64,000 nucleotides of DNA from an uncultured bacterium (GTDB lineage: Bacteria > Hydrothermota > UBA3073 > NMUJ01 > CBEVQO01), in NCBI GenBank assembly GCA_965552055.1, contig CBEVQO010000002.1:288001-352000 (forward strand), written 5' to 3'. A program made the position numbers and the translations under genes. The notes under the pieces were generated by a model. That model was not told the DNA's origin. It was given only the letters and a program-made list of their open reading frames with translations, and searched no databases. Numbering within the stretch: the first letter of the stretch is position 1; every line of letters begins with the position of its first letter. This document shows positions 51,080 to 61,420 of the stretch, in pieces.

Positions 51080-52043
51080 TTTCCCCTCCTCCTGTTATTA
51101 AAACTTTATACTCCTCCCAATCACTTACATGTTTACCTGGCCAGAAAATTGATATATTATATAAAACTTTGTCACCTTCATATAAAGTAATTTCGTCAAA
51201 GGAAACGCTTAGTTCATAAAATAATCTCCACAATTCGCATTGTAACATGTTGGTACCAAGTATCTCCTCCCAAACTGGTTTTTGCAAATAAAGGCCACAA
51301 AGACCTTCTGCAAGTGCCATCATCACATTTACTTTATCTTCGGATAAGAAAAATGCACCTTTATGGAAGTTTATCAACCCGAGAAATTCTCTGAATTGCT
51401 GACGAATTAAAGAATCTTTTACTATTGAATTCCCTCTTATTTCTTTATAATTGGTAGGCATCTGTCCAAACACCATAACCGACATGCCTGTAAATTTTTC
51501 TTCCTGTGAAGTGTCCAGTTCTATAACTTCCTGTAATGCCCTTCTTCCTATTCTGCTTCTGTATAATGGTCTGCCTTCTATTCTGTGAACTTCTGCTGCA
51601 AATTCTTCGATCTCTGCCATAGCGATTTTAGGTATTATTATGAGTATCCAGTTGGGGTATCTCGATTTCATAAAAGCTTTGCTTAGCACAGATGAATATG
51701 TGCAACTTAAAAGAATATTAGTGTCAAATCCCAAGATTATATCGTCATAAGATTTAAGACGCTCGACTACTTCTTCGAAATTACCGTAATTAACTGCCCC
51801 GCATCTTAATAAAGCATCTCTCAATGCATCTTTTATCGACTTTTGTTTTTTCGCTTCTTTTATTTTATCAACTTCAGATAATACTTCAAACACATATCCT
51901 CTATTTTTTGAGTAAAATACCTTTAGCAATTCCATCTCCTTTTCGCATCCCCATTCTTTACATTTACTCTTAATCACAATCTCATTTGTCTCTATAAGTT
52001 TTCTAAATTCTTCCTCATATTTCTTAATAGTTTCCACTTTCAT
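51072..52043 (-). CDS. PIN-domain ribonuclease-like protein
   Basis: ILGFDTNILL (first PIN Asp), IIIPKIAMAEIE, DSLIR and FLSEDK..MMALAEGL give the conserved acidic PIN residues. Confidence 0.75.
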   Translation of the reverse strand: MKVETIKKYEEEFRKLIETNEIVIKSKCKEWGCEKEMELLKVFYSKNRGYVFEVLSEVDKIKEAKKQKSIKDALRDALLRCGAVNYGNFEEVVERLKSYDDIILGFDTNILLSCTYSSVLSKAFMKSRYPNWILIIIPKIAMAEIEEFAAEVHRIEGRPLYRSRIGRRALQEVIELDTSQEEKFTGMSVMVFGQMPTNYKEIRGNSIVKDSLIRQQFREFLGLINFHKGAFFLSEDKVNVMMALAEGLCGLYLQKPVWEEILGTNMLQCELWRLFYELSVSFDEITLYEGDKVLYNISIFWPGKHVSDWEEYKVLITGGGENV

Positions 52044-52060
52044 CTACCCTCCTTTTTTCT

Positions 52061-52285
52061 TTATTGAGTTAATTTTATCCAAACTTCGGGTAACTGTACT
52101 TTTACCCATTCACCTTTTTTATCAATTATACGCACTTTAACCCCAGCGGATAAGAGGCCGATAATTTTACTTTCTTGATAGGGTTCTTTCCTCATCAGTA
52201 TTTCCTTATCCGTAACTATATATTTCTTTCTGCACCCTAAAATACTTATTGCAAAAAACGCCATTAAAATTACACACTTCCTCAT
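52061..52285 (-). CDS. Small lipoprotein with bacterial SH3-like domain
   Basis: Lipobox ILGC; MRKEP..ESKIIGLL..GVKVRIIDKKGEWVKV. Confidence 0.75.
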   Translation of the reverse strand: MRKCVILMAFFAISILGCRKKYIVTDKEILMRKEPYQESKIIGLLSAGVKVRIIDKKGEWVKVQLPEVWIKLTQ

Positions 52286-52297
52286 TTCATCCTCCCT

Positions 52298-54754
52298 TCA
52301 CAAATTTTTACTCTCAATTATCTTTTTTATTTCTTTTACAAATCTTTTCTTATCAGAATATAAACACTCTTCCATTGTCTCCCATATTTTTGCATTTTCT
52401 TTATCAATCTGCTTATAATACGATAAATAAAGTTTAAGCCCTTCCTTAGGAGTTTTTCTCGTAATTTCTCTATAAATCTTTTCAATTTTATTCACAATAG
52501 AAGGATTTATGTAATAAAATGTACTTTCTTCTATTGGAAATCCTTCAAATTGTTTAATTTCTATTTCTTTTTCTAAAATAGATGAATCGTTTAAGTCATA
52601 AGCAACAACCTTAAATATATTTTTCCCTAATTTTAATTGCAATGAAAGAATTAAGTCTATTTCTTTTTTATCAAACATTTTTCTTATCAATAAACTATCG
52701 TCCCAATAAAATTTTACTTGTTTAACCAAAGTATCGTCTTTCACTTTTACTTTTACTTTAATTATGCTATCACAAATTACATTTGGAATTTTAATGCTAA
52801 TTTTAGGCAATGTGACATCATTATAAAACTTAAAAGTTTTACTCATAAAGCCTTTATCAGTTTTCAATACCCATTTTATTGATATTTGATTTAGCATGGG
52901 ATTAAGGTAATGTCTGGTTAATATGAGAGGTAAACTTGTAGTTGAAAGAACGCGGTCATTTATTTTTACAATTAATTTTTTAATATGTCTCCTGTGTGAG
53001 CAATCAATCACCACTCTGTCTTCTTTCTTCTTTATTATAGGCTCTATTCTTGTAATTTTCAAAGAGTATACTCTCTCATTTCCGTATTTATCTAAAGCAA
53101 TGAGATTTACTCTCGAGATTTTTTCTTCTTGTAATTTATCGGTTAATAAAAAGAAATCTTCCTTTAGTTTTTTACTACTTATTTCTCTTTTAATTATTCT
53201 CTCATAAGAAGTATTCGGAGTAAAAACCGAACATTTTACAGTTGAAAGCATTGCATTATCCTCCACATAATATGATAACAATAAACTATCATTAATTATT
53301 TTATAATCCGCCATTTTAATTACCGGGGGCAATAAATCAATATATTTTTCAAAATCTTTAACCCACTTCCCTCTCCCTTTAAACAGAAGTAATTTTAATT
53401 TAAGGGTAGTTGCTAATGGTTTATTGATATAAATTGTCAGCTTATTTTTAGTACAATGATATTTATAAGGTATTTTACTCCTTATTTTAAGCGAGTCACA
53501 CTCACATTTTATCTGGATTTTGTTTCTCTTTTGCATTAATGCTAAATTTGGTTCTGACAATTCTATTTCTTCCCTTCTCACATTATTTGCTTTATCAAAT
53601 GCTATCAAATAAAGTTTTTCGTTTTCTCCTATTGGTAATGTTTTTTCTCCGCTCGCATCTATTTCATAAGTATTATCAGTTTTTAGAAAAACGCTGGATA
53701 TCGAAAAATTATCCTCTACTTTCCATTTGATTTTTATTTTGTCTCTTTTTATTTCATAAGAATAAAATATTTTGGGCGGGTTCTTATCCCATAATATTAC
53801 CTTTTCCTTTTCATAAGTTAAACCTTCTTTCAAGAATACTCTTAATTTAATTTTATGTTTTCCTTCTTTCGAAATAAATTTTTCTAAATTTAACTTTATT
53901 GAGGGAGATTTAGTTACCAGAACCGAGCGTCCATCAATAAAAAGAATTGCTTTTTTAAAAGGAAAGTTAGTCAATACTTTTACTTTAAATTTTGAAGCTC
54001 GGGGACCCCATTCCCTTCTTTCCGGAAATTCTATTTTTGCAATATTTTTTGTAACTGTAAGAGAATATTCTTTGTAAAAATCACTGAATGCCAAGATATA
54101 ATTATAATTACCGCTGGGTAAAATAAATTTCTCGGTTGAGAAAATACCATCTTCTTTTAATCCATCATTATGTTTTCCGTCATCATATAAAATGATTTGC
54201 TTATTAAGAGCTGGAATTATACATTTACCTACTGTATCTCTTATCCGGGTAGTGTACACCATCAGTTTTAATGTATCTTTTAATGCGTACCTTTCAGTAG
54301 CAATCTTATATTTAGTATTAAGTATCTTGATACCTTTAATGCGAGGTCCGAACATCCGTTTAGTTATATAAACTCCTGAAATAAAGGAAAATAAAAGTAA
54401 AAATGGAAGAGAGAGAATAATTGTTTTTACCACTTTTAATTGCTTCGTTATTTCTCCGATTATTTCAAAAATTTTTGTCTTTAAATTCTCCACAAAGTTA
54501 TTTACTTTTTCTTCAGTATTTTTCATCGAATAACTTAAATTTTCATTAAAATCGGTCAATATTTGTGAAATCTTTCTTTTGAGTTCTTCGTTCAATGCTC
54601 TAGTTATTTCCGGAAAAACTTCTCGTTTAAGCATTTCTTCTTTTAATTTGCAGACGATCGCCACTACCTGATCCACTAAAACTCTATCCCAGAATTCTTT
54701 TAATATCTCTTCTGTCTTCTTTTTTAATAATTCAAAAATTTCATCCCTTTTCAT
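52298..54754 (-). CDS. Single-pass membrane protein (818 aa): cytoplasmic helical N-terminus, extracytoplasmic Ig-like repeats
   Basis: TM segment IILSLPFLLLFSFISGVYI; LYDDGKHNDGLKEDGIFS Ca-binding-like loop; repeated DxxPPxI...VEDN...AxDxxxN Ig-type motifs. Confidence 0.7.
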   Translation of the reverse strand: MKRDEIFELLKKKTEEILKEFWDRVLVDQVVAIVCKLKEEMLKREVFPEITRALNEELKRKISQILTDFNENLSYSMKNTEEKVNNFVENLKTKIFEIIGEITKQLKVVKTIILSLPFLLLFSFISGVYITKRMFGPRIKGIKILNTKYKIATERYALKDTLKLMVYTTRIRDTVGKCIIPALNKQIILYDDGKHNDGLKEDGIFSTEKFILPSGNYNYILAFSDFYKEYSLTVTKNIAKIEFPERREWGPRASKFKVKVLTNFPFKKAILFIDGRSVLVTKSPSIKLNLEKFISKEGKHKIKLRVFLKEGLTYEKEKVILWDKNPPKIFYSYEIKRDKIKIKWKVEDNFSISSVFLKTDNTYEIDASGEKTLPIGENEKLYLIAFDKANNVRREEIELSEPNLALMQKRNKIQIKCECDSLKIRSKIPYKYHCTKNKLTIYINKPLATTLKLKLLLFKGRGKWVKDFEKYIDLLPPVIKMADYKIINDSLLLSYYVEDNAMLSTVKCSVFTPNTSYERIIKREISSKKLKEDFFLLTDKLQEEKISRVNLIALDKYGNERVYSLKITRIEPIIKKKEDRVVIDCSHRRHIKKLIVKINDRVLSTTSLPLILTRHYLNPMLNQISIKWVLKTDKGFMSKTFKFYNDVTLPKISIKIPNVICDSIIKVKVKVKDDTLVKQVKFYWDDSLLIRKMFDKKEIDLILSLQLKLGKNIFKVVAYDLNDSSILEKEIEIKQFEGFPIEESTFYYINPSIVNKIEKIYREITRKTPKEGLKLYLSYYKQIDKENAKIWETMEECLYSDKKRFVKEIKKIIESKNL

Positions 54755-56834
54755 GATATTTCCTCCTTATTTTCCTTATTTTTTCTATTTTTCTACTACA
54801 AAATTCCACTTTTTTATTCTCTTCGTTTATTCTTCTAATGAGTAATTCTTTTTCTCTATTTATTTCTTCCTCAGTTCTTTCTAAATCCTTTCTCAAAGTA
54901 TCTATTTGAGAATCAATTTCTTTAATTTTTCTTTTTGTTTCTTCCTTTATTTCTTTCTTGATTTCTTCACAGATTTTTTTACTTTTCTTTTTTACTTCAT
55001 CTTCATCAAATTGTTCATTAAATTTTTCAAATATCTCTTGTACTATTGATTTAGCATCTCTTTTTGCCCTTCGCCAATAGCAGAGACATTTAGCCGTAAA
55101 TGGTTCAGTCCAATCTTCTCTTTTATAGCCCCAGTATTCTGAATCTTTATTATCGATTTTCATTTTACACCAATTTACATAAGGCTCCAATTGCATTAAT
55201 CTAAATTTATTTATAATCTTACGCAAAACATTATTATTTTTTATTTTCATCTTACAATAATTCCTCAATTCTTCTCTCTTCTCTTCTAATAAATAACGCA
55301 AATCATTATCAAAATAATTTTTTACTTTTTTGTATTTTTTAATACCTAAAATGGTCTCGCCGGGTTCACATCTAATCTCTATGTCTTCCAAAACATCTTC
55401 ACATTCGCTTTCTATTTTTTGTTTCATCATGTTTATAGTATCTACGGCTTCCTTTTTATCTTTTTCAACTTTCTCTAATTTTATTCTTTCTTTTTCTTTA
55501 ATTATTCTTTTCATCTCCTCCAATCTACTTATTTCTGCTCTTAACCTTTCTTCCCTCTGGGTCTTTTCTTCTTCGAGCGCTTCTTTTCTTTTTTGCAAAC
55601 TTTCCATCATTTGACGATGATGTTCTTCTTTTTCTTTTAATTTTTCGAGCACTTCTTGAACTATTCCTAAAAGAGGTTCTTTGATCAAAGGTTCGTGCTT
55701 TTTCTCTAAATGAGATTTCAAATCGGATACAAATTTTTCCCATTCTTTGTCCTCTTTTCCTTCTTTTACATTTTTCACTGAGACAAAATAAACTTTTGAA
55801 ATTTTATAATCTTTTAACCATTTAAGTACAAATTCTCTTATTTCTTTTATTGCCTTCTCTCCTCCTTCTGAATATGGAATGTCTTTTTTGTTAATCACAA
55901 AAAATACCCTCTCATTCATTTCTTCTTTTCTATCAATAGTTGGTTTTATCAAATTTAAAATACAATCGAGTATTTCTTTTACATTTTTATTAAAACCTCC
56001 TTTTTGTCCTGGTGCCACGATTATAAAAGCATCACTTTTTATTATTTGGTCTACAGCTATTCCCGTATGTCTTTTTATTAGCGAATGAGTACCTGGAGTA
56101 TCAACTACTTCCACATCTTTCAAAATATCGAAAGGATATTTTACCTCCACTCTATTTATCAAAAAACCATACAAAATATCATCATAAGTTTTATATTTCT
56201 CAACTTTGGTCAGTAACTTTGATTCTATTGCCTTCATTTTTTCATAATCAAAATAAACTTTTACATTTTGTGGATATTTATCAGTAAACTCTTTTAAAAT
56301 TTCCATCTTCTGCTCCTCTTGTAACTTTTTGGAATATTCATATATTTTTTCTTTTATTTCATCCATGTAATTTTTCAGTTGTTGAGAGGAAATTTTTTCT
56401 TTTGTTTGTTCATTTTGAGCATATTTTATTAACCCATCATTTATAAACATTGTCAATGCTTTTATTGATTCATTTTCGGGAATTATCTTAACTCTTTTTT
56501 CATCTATTTCAGTTTTATATAATGTAAAACTTTGTTCTTTTTCAAAATATATTTTTTTCTCTTTTTGCCCGTAATGCACAAAAGTCACAGCACAAGTAGT
56601 AGGAGTAGGTCCTTCTGGTAACATGTCTTCTTTCAATAAACAATTTAGCAGAGAAGATTTTCCAGCCGAAAAAGGTCCTGTTACAGTAATATAATATTTC
56701 TCTTCTTCTATTTTCTTCTTCACCTCATCTATTCGCCTTAAAAGTAAAGGCAAGGGAATATCCTCTATCTCGTTTTTAATCTTCGTAAGCAGATTCTTTG
56801 CACGCATTTTACTTTCATGATGTAATGTTTTCAT
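54741..56834 (-). CDS. Dynamin-like GTPase 4 (canonical motifs, long coiled-coil C-terminus)
   Basis: G1 GPFSAGKSS, G2 PTPTT, G3 DTPG, G4 INKKD. Start placed at ATG 56834 after AGGAGG. Confidence 0.9.
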   Translation of the reverse strand: MKTLHHESKMRAKNLLTKIKNEIEDIPLPLLLRRIDEVKKKIEEEKYYITVTGPFSAGKSSLLNCLLKEDMLPEGPTPTTCAVTFVHYGQKEKKIYFEKEQSFTLYKTEIDEKRVKIIPENESIKALTMFINDGLIKYAQNEQTKEKISSQQLKNYMDEIKEKIYEYSKKLQEEQKMEILKEFTDKYPQNVKVYFDYEKMKAIESKLLTKVEKYKTYDDILYGFLINRVEVKYPFDILKDVEVVDTPGTHSLIKRHTGIAVDQIIKSDAFIIVAPGQKGGFNKNVKEILDCILNLIKPTIDRKEEMNERVFFVINKKDIPYSEGGEKAIKEIREFVLKWLKDYKISKVYFVSVKNVKEGKEDKEWEKFVSDLKSHLEKKHEPLIKEPLLGIVQEVLEKLKEKEEHHRQMMESLQKRKEALEEEKTQREERLRAEISRLEEMKRIIKEKERIKLEKVEKDKKEAVDTINMMKQKIESECEDVLEDIEIRCEPGETILGIKKYKKVKNYFDNDLRYLLEEKREELRNYCKMKIKNNNVLRKIINKFRLMQLEPYVNWCKMKIDNKDSEYWGYKREDWTEPFTAKCLCYWRRAKRDAKSIVQEIFEKFNEQFDEDEVKKKSKKICEEIKKEIKEETKRKIKEIDSQIDTLRKDLERTEEEINREKELLIRRINEENKKVEFCSRKIEKIRKIRRKYHEKG

Positions 56835-57702
56835 TTTCACCTCCTTTTAACATCTCCATTCCTTTTAGTAAAAACCATAATGTAAAAACTTCTCCTAATG
56901 TATCAATCTCGTTCTTTACTTTATTCAAAATCCTTCTGATTTTGTCCAAATAAAATGCCGAACATTTCTCCAAAATTATTTTTAACACATCGTTCACATT
57001 AGTATGAGAGAACTTAACTATGTCCTTTTTACTGCAATTAAAATCTTTGAGGATTTGCTCCCTCGTCAATCGCACAAACTCATCCTTCCTTTCACTTTTT
57101 TCGTAATTTATTGCAAAGATAACTTCTTTGTTTACCCCAATTTTTATTTCTTCCACATTTTGACAGAAAAACGCATAATCTTCTCCCTCCTGGTGTATTA
57201 CTAAATTAATTAAATTAATGTCGGGACTAGTTTTAGAAACAAATTCCGGTATTTTATTCACATATTTTTCCCAATTTTTCTGTATTTCATCCTCTGCACT
57301 CCCCCAGCCCGGTGTGTCAATAAACCGGCAAATTAATAAAAGAGGATGATTATATTCTATCTCAGCATAAATAATTTTATTTACTTCATTCTGTGCCTTT
57401 TGATAAGATGCTACTTTTTGCCATTTCTTTTTATCATATATTGTTTTTTCATCACCATTCTCATACTTTATAAAAGCCCTAAAAGATTCTCCGTACTTCA
57501 CTAAAGTGAAAAAATAAGAAGTAGAAGTAAATCCCATAGGTACCAAATGTTCTGATTCTTTCGTTATATCAATATCTAGAAGTTTATTGATAAGTAAAGA
57601 TTTCCCCGCTTTATCACTCCCCCATATACCAAAAATTAATTCCGGCTCATCACTGCATAAGATCTGTTTTTTTACAAAAATTAAGTCCTCTAACTTTAAC
57701 AT
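56815..57702 (-). CDS. Dynamin-like GTPase 3 (short, degenerate)
   Basis: G1 GSDKAGKS, TLVKYGE, HPLL..CRFIDTPG; G4 degenerate (INYE); little stalk. Confidence 0.75.
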   Translation of the reverse strand: MLKLEDLIFVKKQILCSDEPELIFGIWGSDKAGKSLLINKLLDIDITKESEHLVPMGFTSTSYFFTLVKYGESFRAFIKYENGDEKTIYDKKKWQKVASYQKAQNEVNKIIYAEIEYNHPLLLICRFIDTPGWGSAEDEIQKNWEKYVNKIPEFVSKTSPDINLINLVIHQEGEDYAFFCQNVEEIKIGVNKEVIFAINYEKSERKDEFVRLTREQILKDFNCSKKDIVKFSHTNVNDVLKIILEKCSAFYLDKIRRILNKVKNEIDTLGEVFTLWFLLKGMEMLKGGENENITS

Positions 57703-59261
57703 TTTATTTCTTCCTTTATTCTTTTAATCTCTTCTTTTATCTCTAATATTTCCTCATATTTTCTTTTTACATTTTCTAATTCTTTTTGATATTTATTTGC
57801 ATCAATTTTTGCATTTATTTGCTGTATATATTTATTTATTGCTTCTTGAAGATGCTCTTTTATCGCTTCCTGTGTCTCTTCGCATAAAGTATCAAGAATT
57901 TCATTAACCTTATTTTTGATACTACGCTTTTCCACTTCTTTTAGTACATTTTTCAAAATTTGACCGGTATATTTAAATACTCTCTTAAAAAATATCTTCC
58001 AGTTTTTTATTTTATCCATCTCCTCGGATCTTATCTTTTGCCCCGAAGATTTTTTCGAAAATTTCTTTACCAACTTTTCGGCTAATTTCTCCGAAATAGA
58101 GTCTAGTATCTCTTCTACTTTTTGATTTATTTTTTCTTTCCATTCCTCAGGCAAATTTTCAAAAATTTCTTCTATTTTAGAAATAACAGGCACAGGTAAT
58201 TTACCTTCCTCTTCTTTTGTTTCTATCTCTATTGGCATAATATCTATATTTTGCAATATACAAAACTTTTTAACTACTTCTTTAATTCTTTCACTAAATT
58301 TTGTCTCGAAATTCTGAAGCCATTCCTCGGGATATAAATTTTCATTTATCTCCAATTCACGCTCAAAATTTATTTTTCCTTCTTTTATTATACTTTTCAC
58401 TTCTATTAATACTCCTTCAAGCATATTTTGTAGCAAATGCATTCTCTTTTCCAGAGCAGATTTTACTCTCTTAACTCTTTCTGCTTCTTTTTCGCTTTCT
58501 TTCAATTTTTCTTCAATTTTTTTGAAGGTCTTATCGGCTAATTTTTCGATATTATTAATAAAAGTCTTCAAATGTGTTTGAGAGCCTTTTTGCTCTAAAA
58601 AATGCTCTAAATATTCTAAAAATCCTCCATCGATTTTATTCTTACCCGAAGTGAAAAACACGGGGAATTCCATACCCAAGTTTTTCTTAAAATTCGCAAA
58701 AAACTGCAAAAACTCCATTTTTGCTTCTTCTTTCACCTCGTCGATTTTATTCACAATTACAGCAAAATCTTTATTTTTTAAGTTCTTAATAAATTCTTTA
58801 ATTAAACCTGTCATAGGCTGTGAAGCTCTGGTAAAAACTGCAACAAAGTCAGCATATTTTACAAAAGAATTGGTAATTTCTGAAAGTTCTTTCTTTAAGG
58901 ATTTTAAACCTGGGGAGTCCACCCAGTAAATAGGGGGTAAATCCTCTTTCTTACATTCTAACGCATAAATATAATGTGAATTTAGAATCTTATTTAACTT
59001 TTGCGTCTTACCTTTATTTTTTATGAGTATAATCTTTTCAGTAGTGGGTAGCACATCTACTCTTAAATTCAGTTCAAAAAGAGAGTTCAAAAATGTGGTC
59101 TTGCCTGTGTTAAATTCTCCAGCAAACATTAGGATAAAAGGCTCCTGTAAAACTTCTTTTAACTTTTCGATTTCTTCTTTCTCATCGCAGTATTTCTGTA
59201 ACCTATCTGCCAAAGATTTACTTCTTTCTAATAAATTCATATAATTTTTCATCTCAAACAT
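57696..59261 (-). CDS. Dynamin-like GTPase 2
   Basis: G1 GEFNTGKTT, G2 LPTT, G3 DSPG, G4 VNKID. Start placed at ATG 59261 after GAGGAGG. Confidence 0.88.
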   Translation of the reverse strand: MFEMKNYMNLLERSKSLADRLQKYCDEKEEIEKLKEVLQEPFILMFAGEFNTGKTTFLNSLFELNLRVDVLPTTEKIILIKNKGKTQKLNKILNSHYIYALECKKEDLPPIYWVDSPGLKSLKKELSEITNSFVKYADFVAVFTRASQPMTGLIKEFIKNLKNKDFAVIVNKIDEVKEEAKMEFLQFFANFKKNLGMEFPVFFTSGKNKIDGGFLEYLEHFLEQKGSQTHLKTFINNIEKLADKTFKKIEEKLKESEKEAERVKRVKSALEKRMHLLQNMLEGVLIEVKSIIKEGKINFERELEINENLYPEEWLQNFETKFSERIKEVVKKFCILQNIDIMPIEIETKEEEGKLPVPVISKIEEIFENLPEEWKEKINQKVEEILDSISEKLAEKLVKKFSKKSSGQKIRSEEMDKIKNWKIFFKRVFKYTGQILKNVLKEVEKRSIKNKVNEILDTLCEETQEAIKEHLQEAINKYIQQINAKIDANKYQKELENVKRKYEEILEIKEEIKRIKEEIKC

Positions 59262-61015
59262 TGCTCCTCCTCTTTTATAACATCCATTGTCCTTCTTGTT
59301 AATTTTCTCAACTCTGTCCATTTATCCTTATTTTCTTCCAATTCTATTATTTTCTTATCTATCCCTTTTATTTTTTCGAGCATTTTGTCCTTTATCTTTT
59401 CAAAAGCTTCTCCAAAAACTTTTTTAAACTCCTCACACACTTTTTCTTCTGTCCTCTTAAACGCAATTTTCATTTCCGTATAAAGTTTGCTTTTCAATTC
59501 AACAAGTTTTCTTCTAAGAGTAAGAGAACCTAATATTATAATAATTATATCATCGATTGGACCAGGAATAAATTGAGCGATTACCAAAAGTATACTAATT
59601 ATGCCTATTTTTTGCCATATATCGTTAATAACATCAGCAATCATATTTTTTATTTCCTCTGGAGCTATTTCAGGTTTAATCTTTACCGGCAAACGCTCTA
59701 ACAAAGCGATTGTGAACTCCGATTCCATTAATTCTTTCACTTCTTTTTGTATTTTGTCCTGTATTTTTTCTACTTCGTGTTTTGTTTTTTCTTTTACTCT
59801 TTTCATCACTTCCTCTTTTAACTTATCTTTCTTCCTAAAATAGCTACTTATCTTACCTGTTATTCTCTCTATTTCGTTATACGATACCTCAAAATACAGC
59901 TCTCTCAGTTTCTTTATCTCATTTGAAATTATAAACTCAATTTTCTCTTCTATTCTTCTTTTTGCAGGATAGAGAGTTTCTTTTATATATTCATTTTCTA
60001 AACTTTTACGCTCATATAATTTTTCTAATTCACCTTTAATTTGTTCAATTTCTTTTACACAGATTTTATTCAATTTATTCAATTCTTTTTCCATTCCACC
60101 TAAAATTGATTTTATCTTTTGCGCTCTTAAACCTTTCACATTATCAAAAAACTCTTCTCGTAAGAATTTTATTAACGATAGGTATCCCCATCTATCTAAT
60201 TCTTTTTCATCAAAGCCATTTTTTAATATTTCTTTTACTTTCTTTGCGGAGTATAAAAATACTCTATTTTTCACCATCTCTTTACTAAAATTCACACTTA
60301 TCCAATCTTTTATTTTTTCGATATTTTCCTGTGATTCTTCTTGATCAATTTTGTTAATCACCCCCACAATACTTTTGCTGTATTCTTTTAACTCCTCTAT
60401 CAATGACTTTTCTATTTCCGAACCCGCTTGAGTAGCATCAAATATCCATATAGCAGCATTTACTTTCGGTAAATATTCATATACCACTTTATCGTCTAAT
60501 TCATAAGGAGAGTTAAATCCGGGAGTATTGACCATCACAAGATTTGTTAATTCTTTGCAGGGTAAAAATAACTTAATTATAGTTTCTTCTCTTTTTATCT
60601 TGTCCTCTTGATGTTTTATGTATTCCCATAAACTTTTTAAATCCTCTTTTTCATTTATTGCTATCTCCTTCTTTTTTGTTCCCATTAAAATCTCCGCTTT
60701 TATGTGTTCTCCATAATGTAATTCAGTAATAACTGCATCTGTCGGAGTAAATCCCTCTGGTAGTAATTGGTCTTCAATTAGAATGTGGTCAATTGCCTCA
60801 TTAGCTATTAACACCGAATTTATAAAAGTAGATTTCCCGCTCTTAGTTTCCCCAATTACCGCTAATCTAAATGGCTCTTCCACAACCTTTTTATATTTTT
60901 GCAAGTTCGAAAGCACCACGGGAATGAATGAATCAAGATTCTTGAATTTATCTGCCTCTTCAATAAAATTATCTATTGCACTAATTACTGCATTTTGTTT
61001 TATATCTGCAATCAT
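59249..61015 (-). CDS. Dynamin-like GTPase 1 with hydrophobic membrane paddle
   Basis: G1 GETKSGKST, G2 TPTD, G3 variant NTPG, G4 INKID; hairpin IGIISILLVIAQFIPGPIDDIIIIILGSL. Confidence 0.9.
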   Translation of the reverse strand: MIADIKQNAVISAIDNFIEEADKFKNLDSFIPVVLSNLQKYKKVVEEPFRLAVIGETKSGKSTFINSVLIANEAIDHILIEDQLLPEGFTPTDAVITELHYGEHIKAEILMGTKKKEIAINEKEDLKSLWEYIKHQEDKIKREETIIKLFLPCKELTNLVMVNTPGFNSPYELDDKVVYEYLPKVNAAIWIFDATQAGSEIEKSLIEELKEYSKSIVGVINKIDQEESQENIEKIKDWISVNFSKEMVKNRVFLYSAKKVKEILKNGFDEKELDRWGYLSLIKFLREEFFDNVKGLRAQKIKSILGGMEKELNKLNKICVKEIEQIKGELEKLYERKSLENEYIKETLYPAKRRIEEKIEFIISNEIKKLRELYFEVSYNEIERITGKISSYFRKKDKLKEEVMKRVKEKTKHEVEKIQDKIQKEVKELMESEFTIALLERLPVKIKPEIAPEEIKNMIADVINDIWQKIGIISILLVIAQFIPGPIDDIIIIILGSLTLRRKLVELKSKLYTEMKIAFKRTEEKVCEEFKKVFGEAFEKIKDKMLEKIKGIDKKIIELEENKDKWTELRKLTRRTMDVIKEEEQCLR

Positions 61016-61191
61016 TTCCCCTCCTTTTCTATATCTTTTAAGATTTTATCTATTGTTTCGGCTACAATTTGCTTAATATTTTCAAAAGTTTTATTTAATT
61101 TTTCATCTGTGGTCTCGATGCAAAAATTTCTTAACTCTTTCAGTGAATCAATTAACCATTTTGTTTCCTTGTATAGTTTCTCCCTAAACAT
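61012..61191 (-). CDS. Small helical protein (59 aa): MFREKLYKETKWLIDSLKELRNFCIETTDEKLNKTFENIKQIVAETIDKILKDIEKEGK
   Basis: Hand-translated; fills the gap exactly; its stop overlaps the dynamin-1 ATG (ATGA) and its last codons carry that gene's SD. Confidence 0.7.
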   Translation of the reverse strand: MFREKLYKETKWLIDSLKELRNFCIETTDEKLNKTFENIKQIVAETIDKILKDIEKEGK

Positions 61192-61198
61192 GTTTATT

Positions 61199-61420
61199 TT
61201 ATTCTATTCCTAGCCATCTAAATGGGCAAATTTTACAAACGATAATCCTTAAAAACCACGGCACAGGACAATTCATGCACGGATGAATAATGCCCTTTTT
61301 CGTCTCACCTCCTTCCTTTTTTATCACTTTTTCATCGTGAAGTTTATTTATTTCTTTCTCATATGCGTCTAAATTCCATTTATCAGTTATATTTTTAACT
61401 ATTTCAAATCTTTCTCTCAT
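61199..61420 (-). CDS. Small protein (73 aa) with two CxxC motifs
   Basis: HPCMNCPVPWFLRIIVCKICPF; translationally coupled to repeat copy C. Confidence 0.65.
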   Translation of the reverse strand: MRERFEIVKNITDKWNLDAYEKEINKLHDEKVIKKEGGETKKGIIHPCMNCPVPWFLRIIVCKICPFRWLGIE

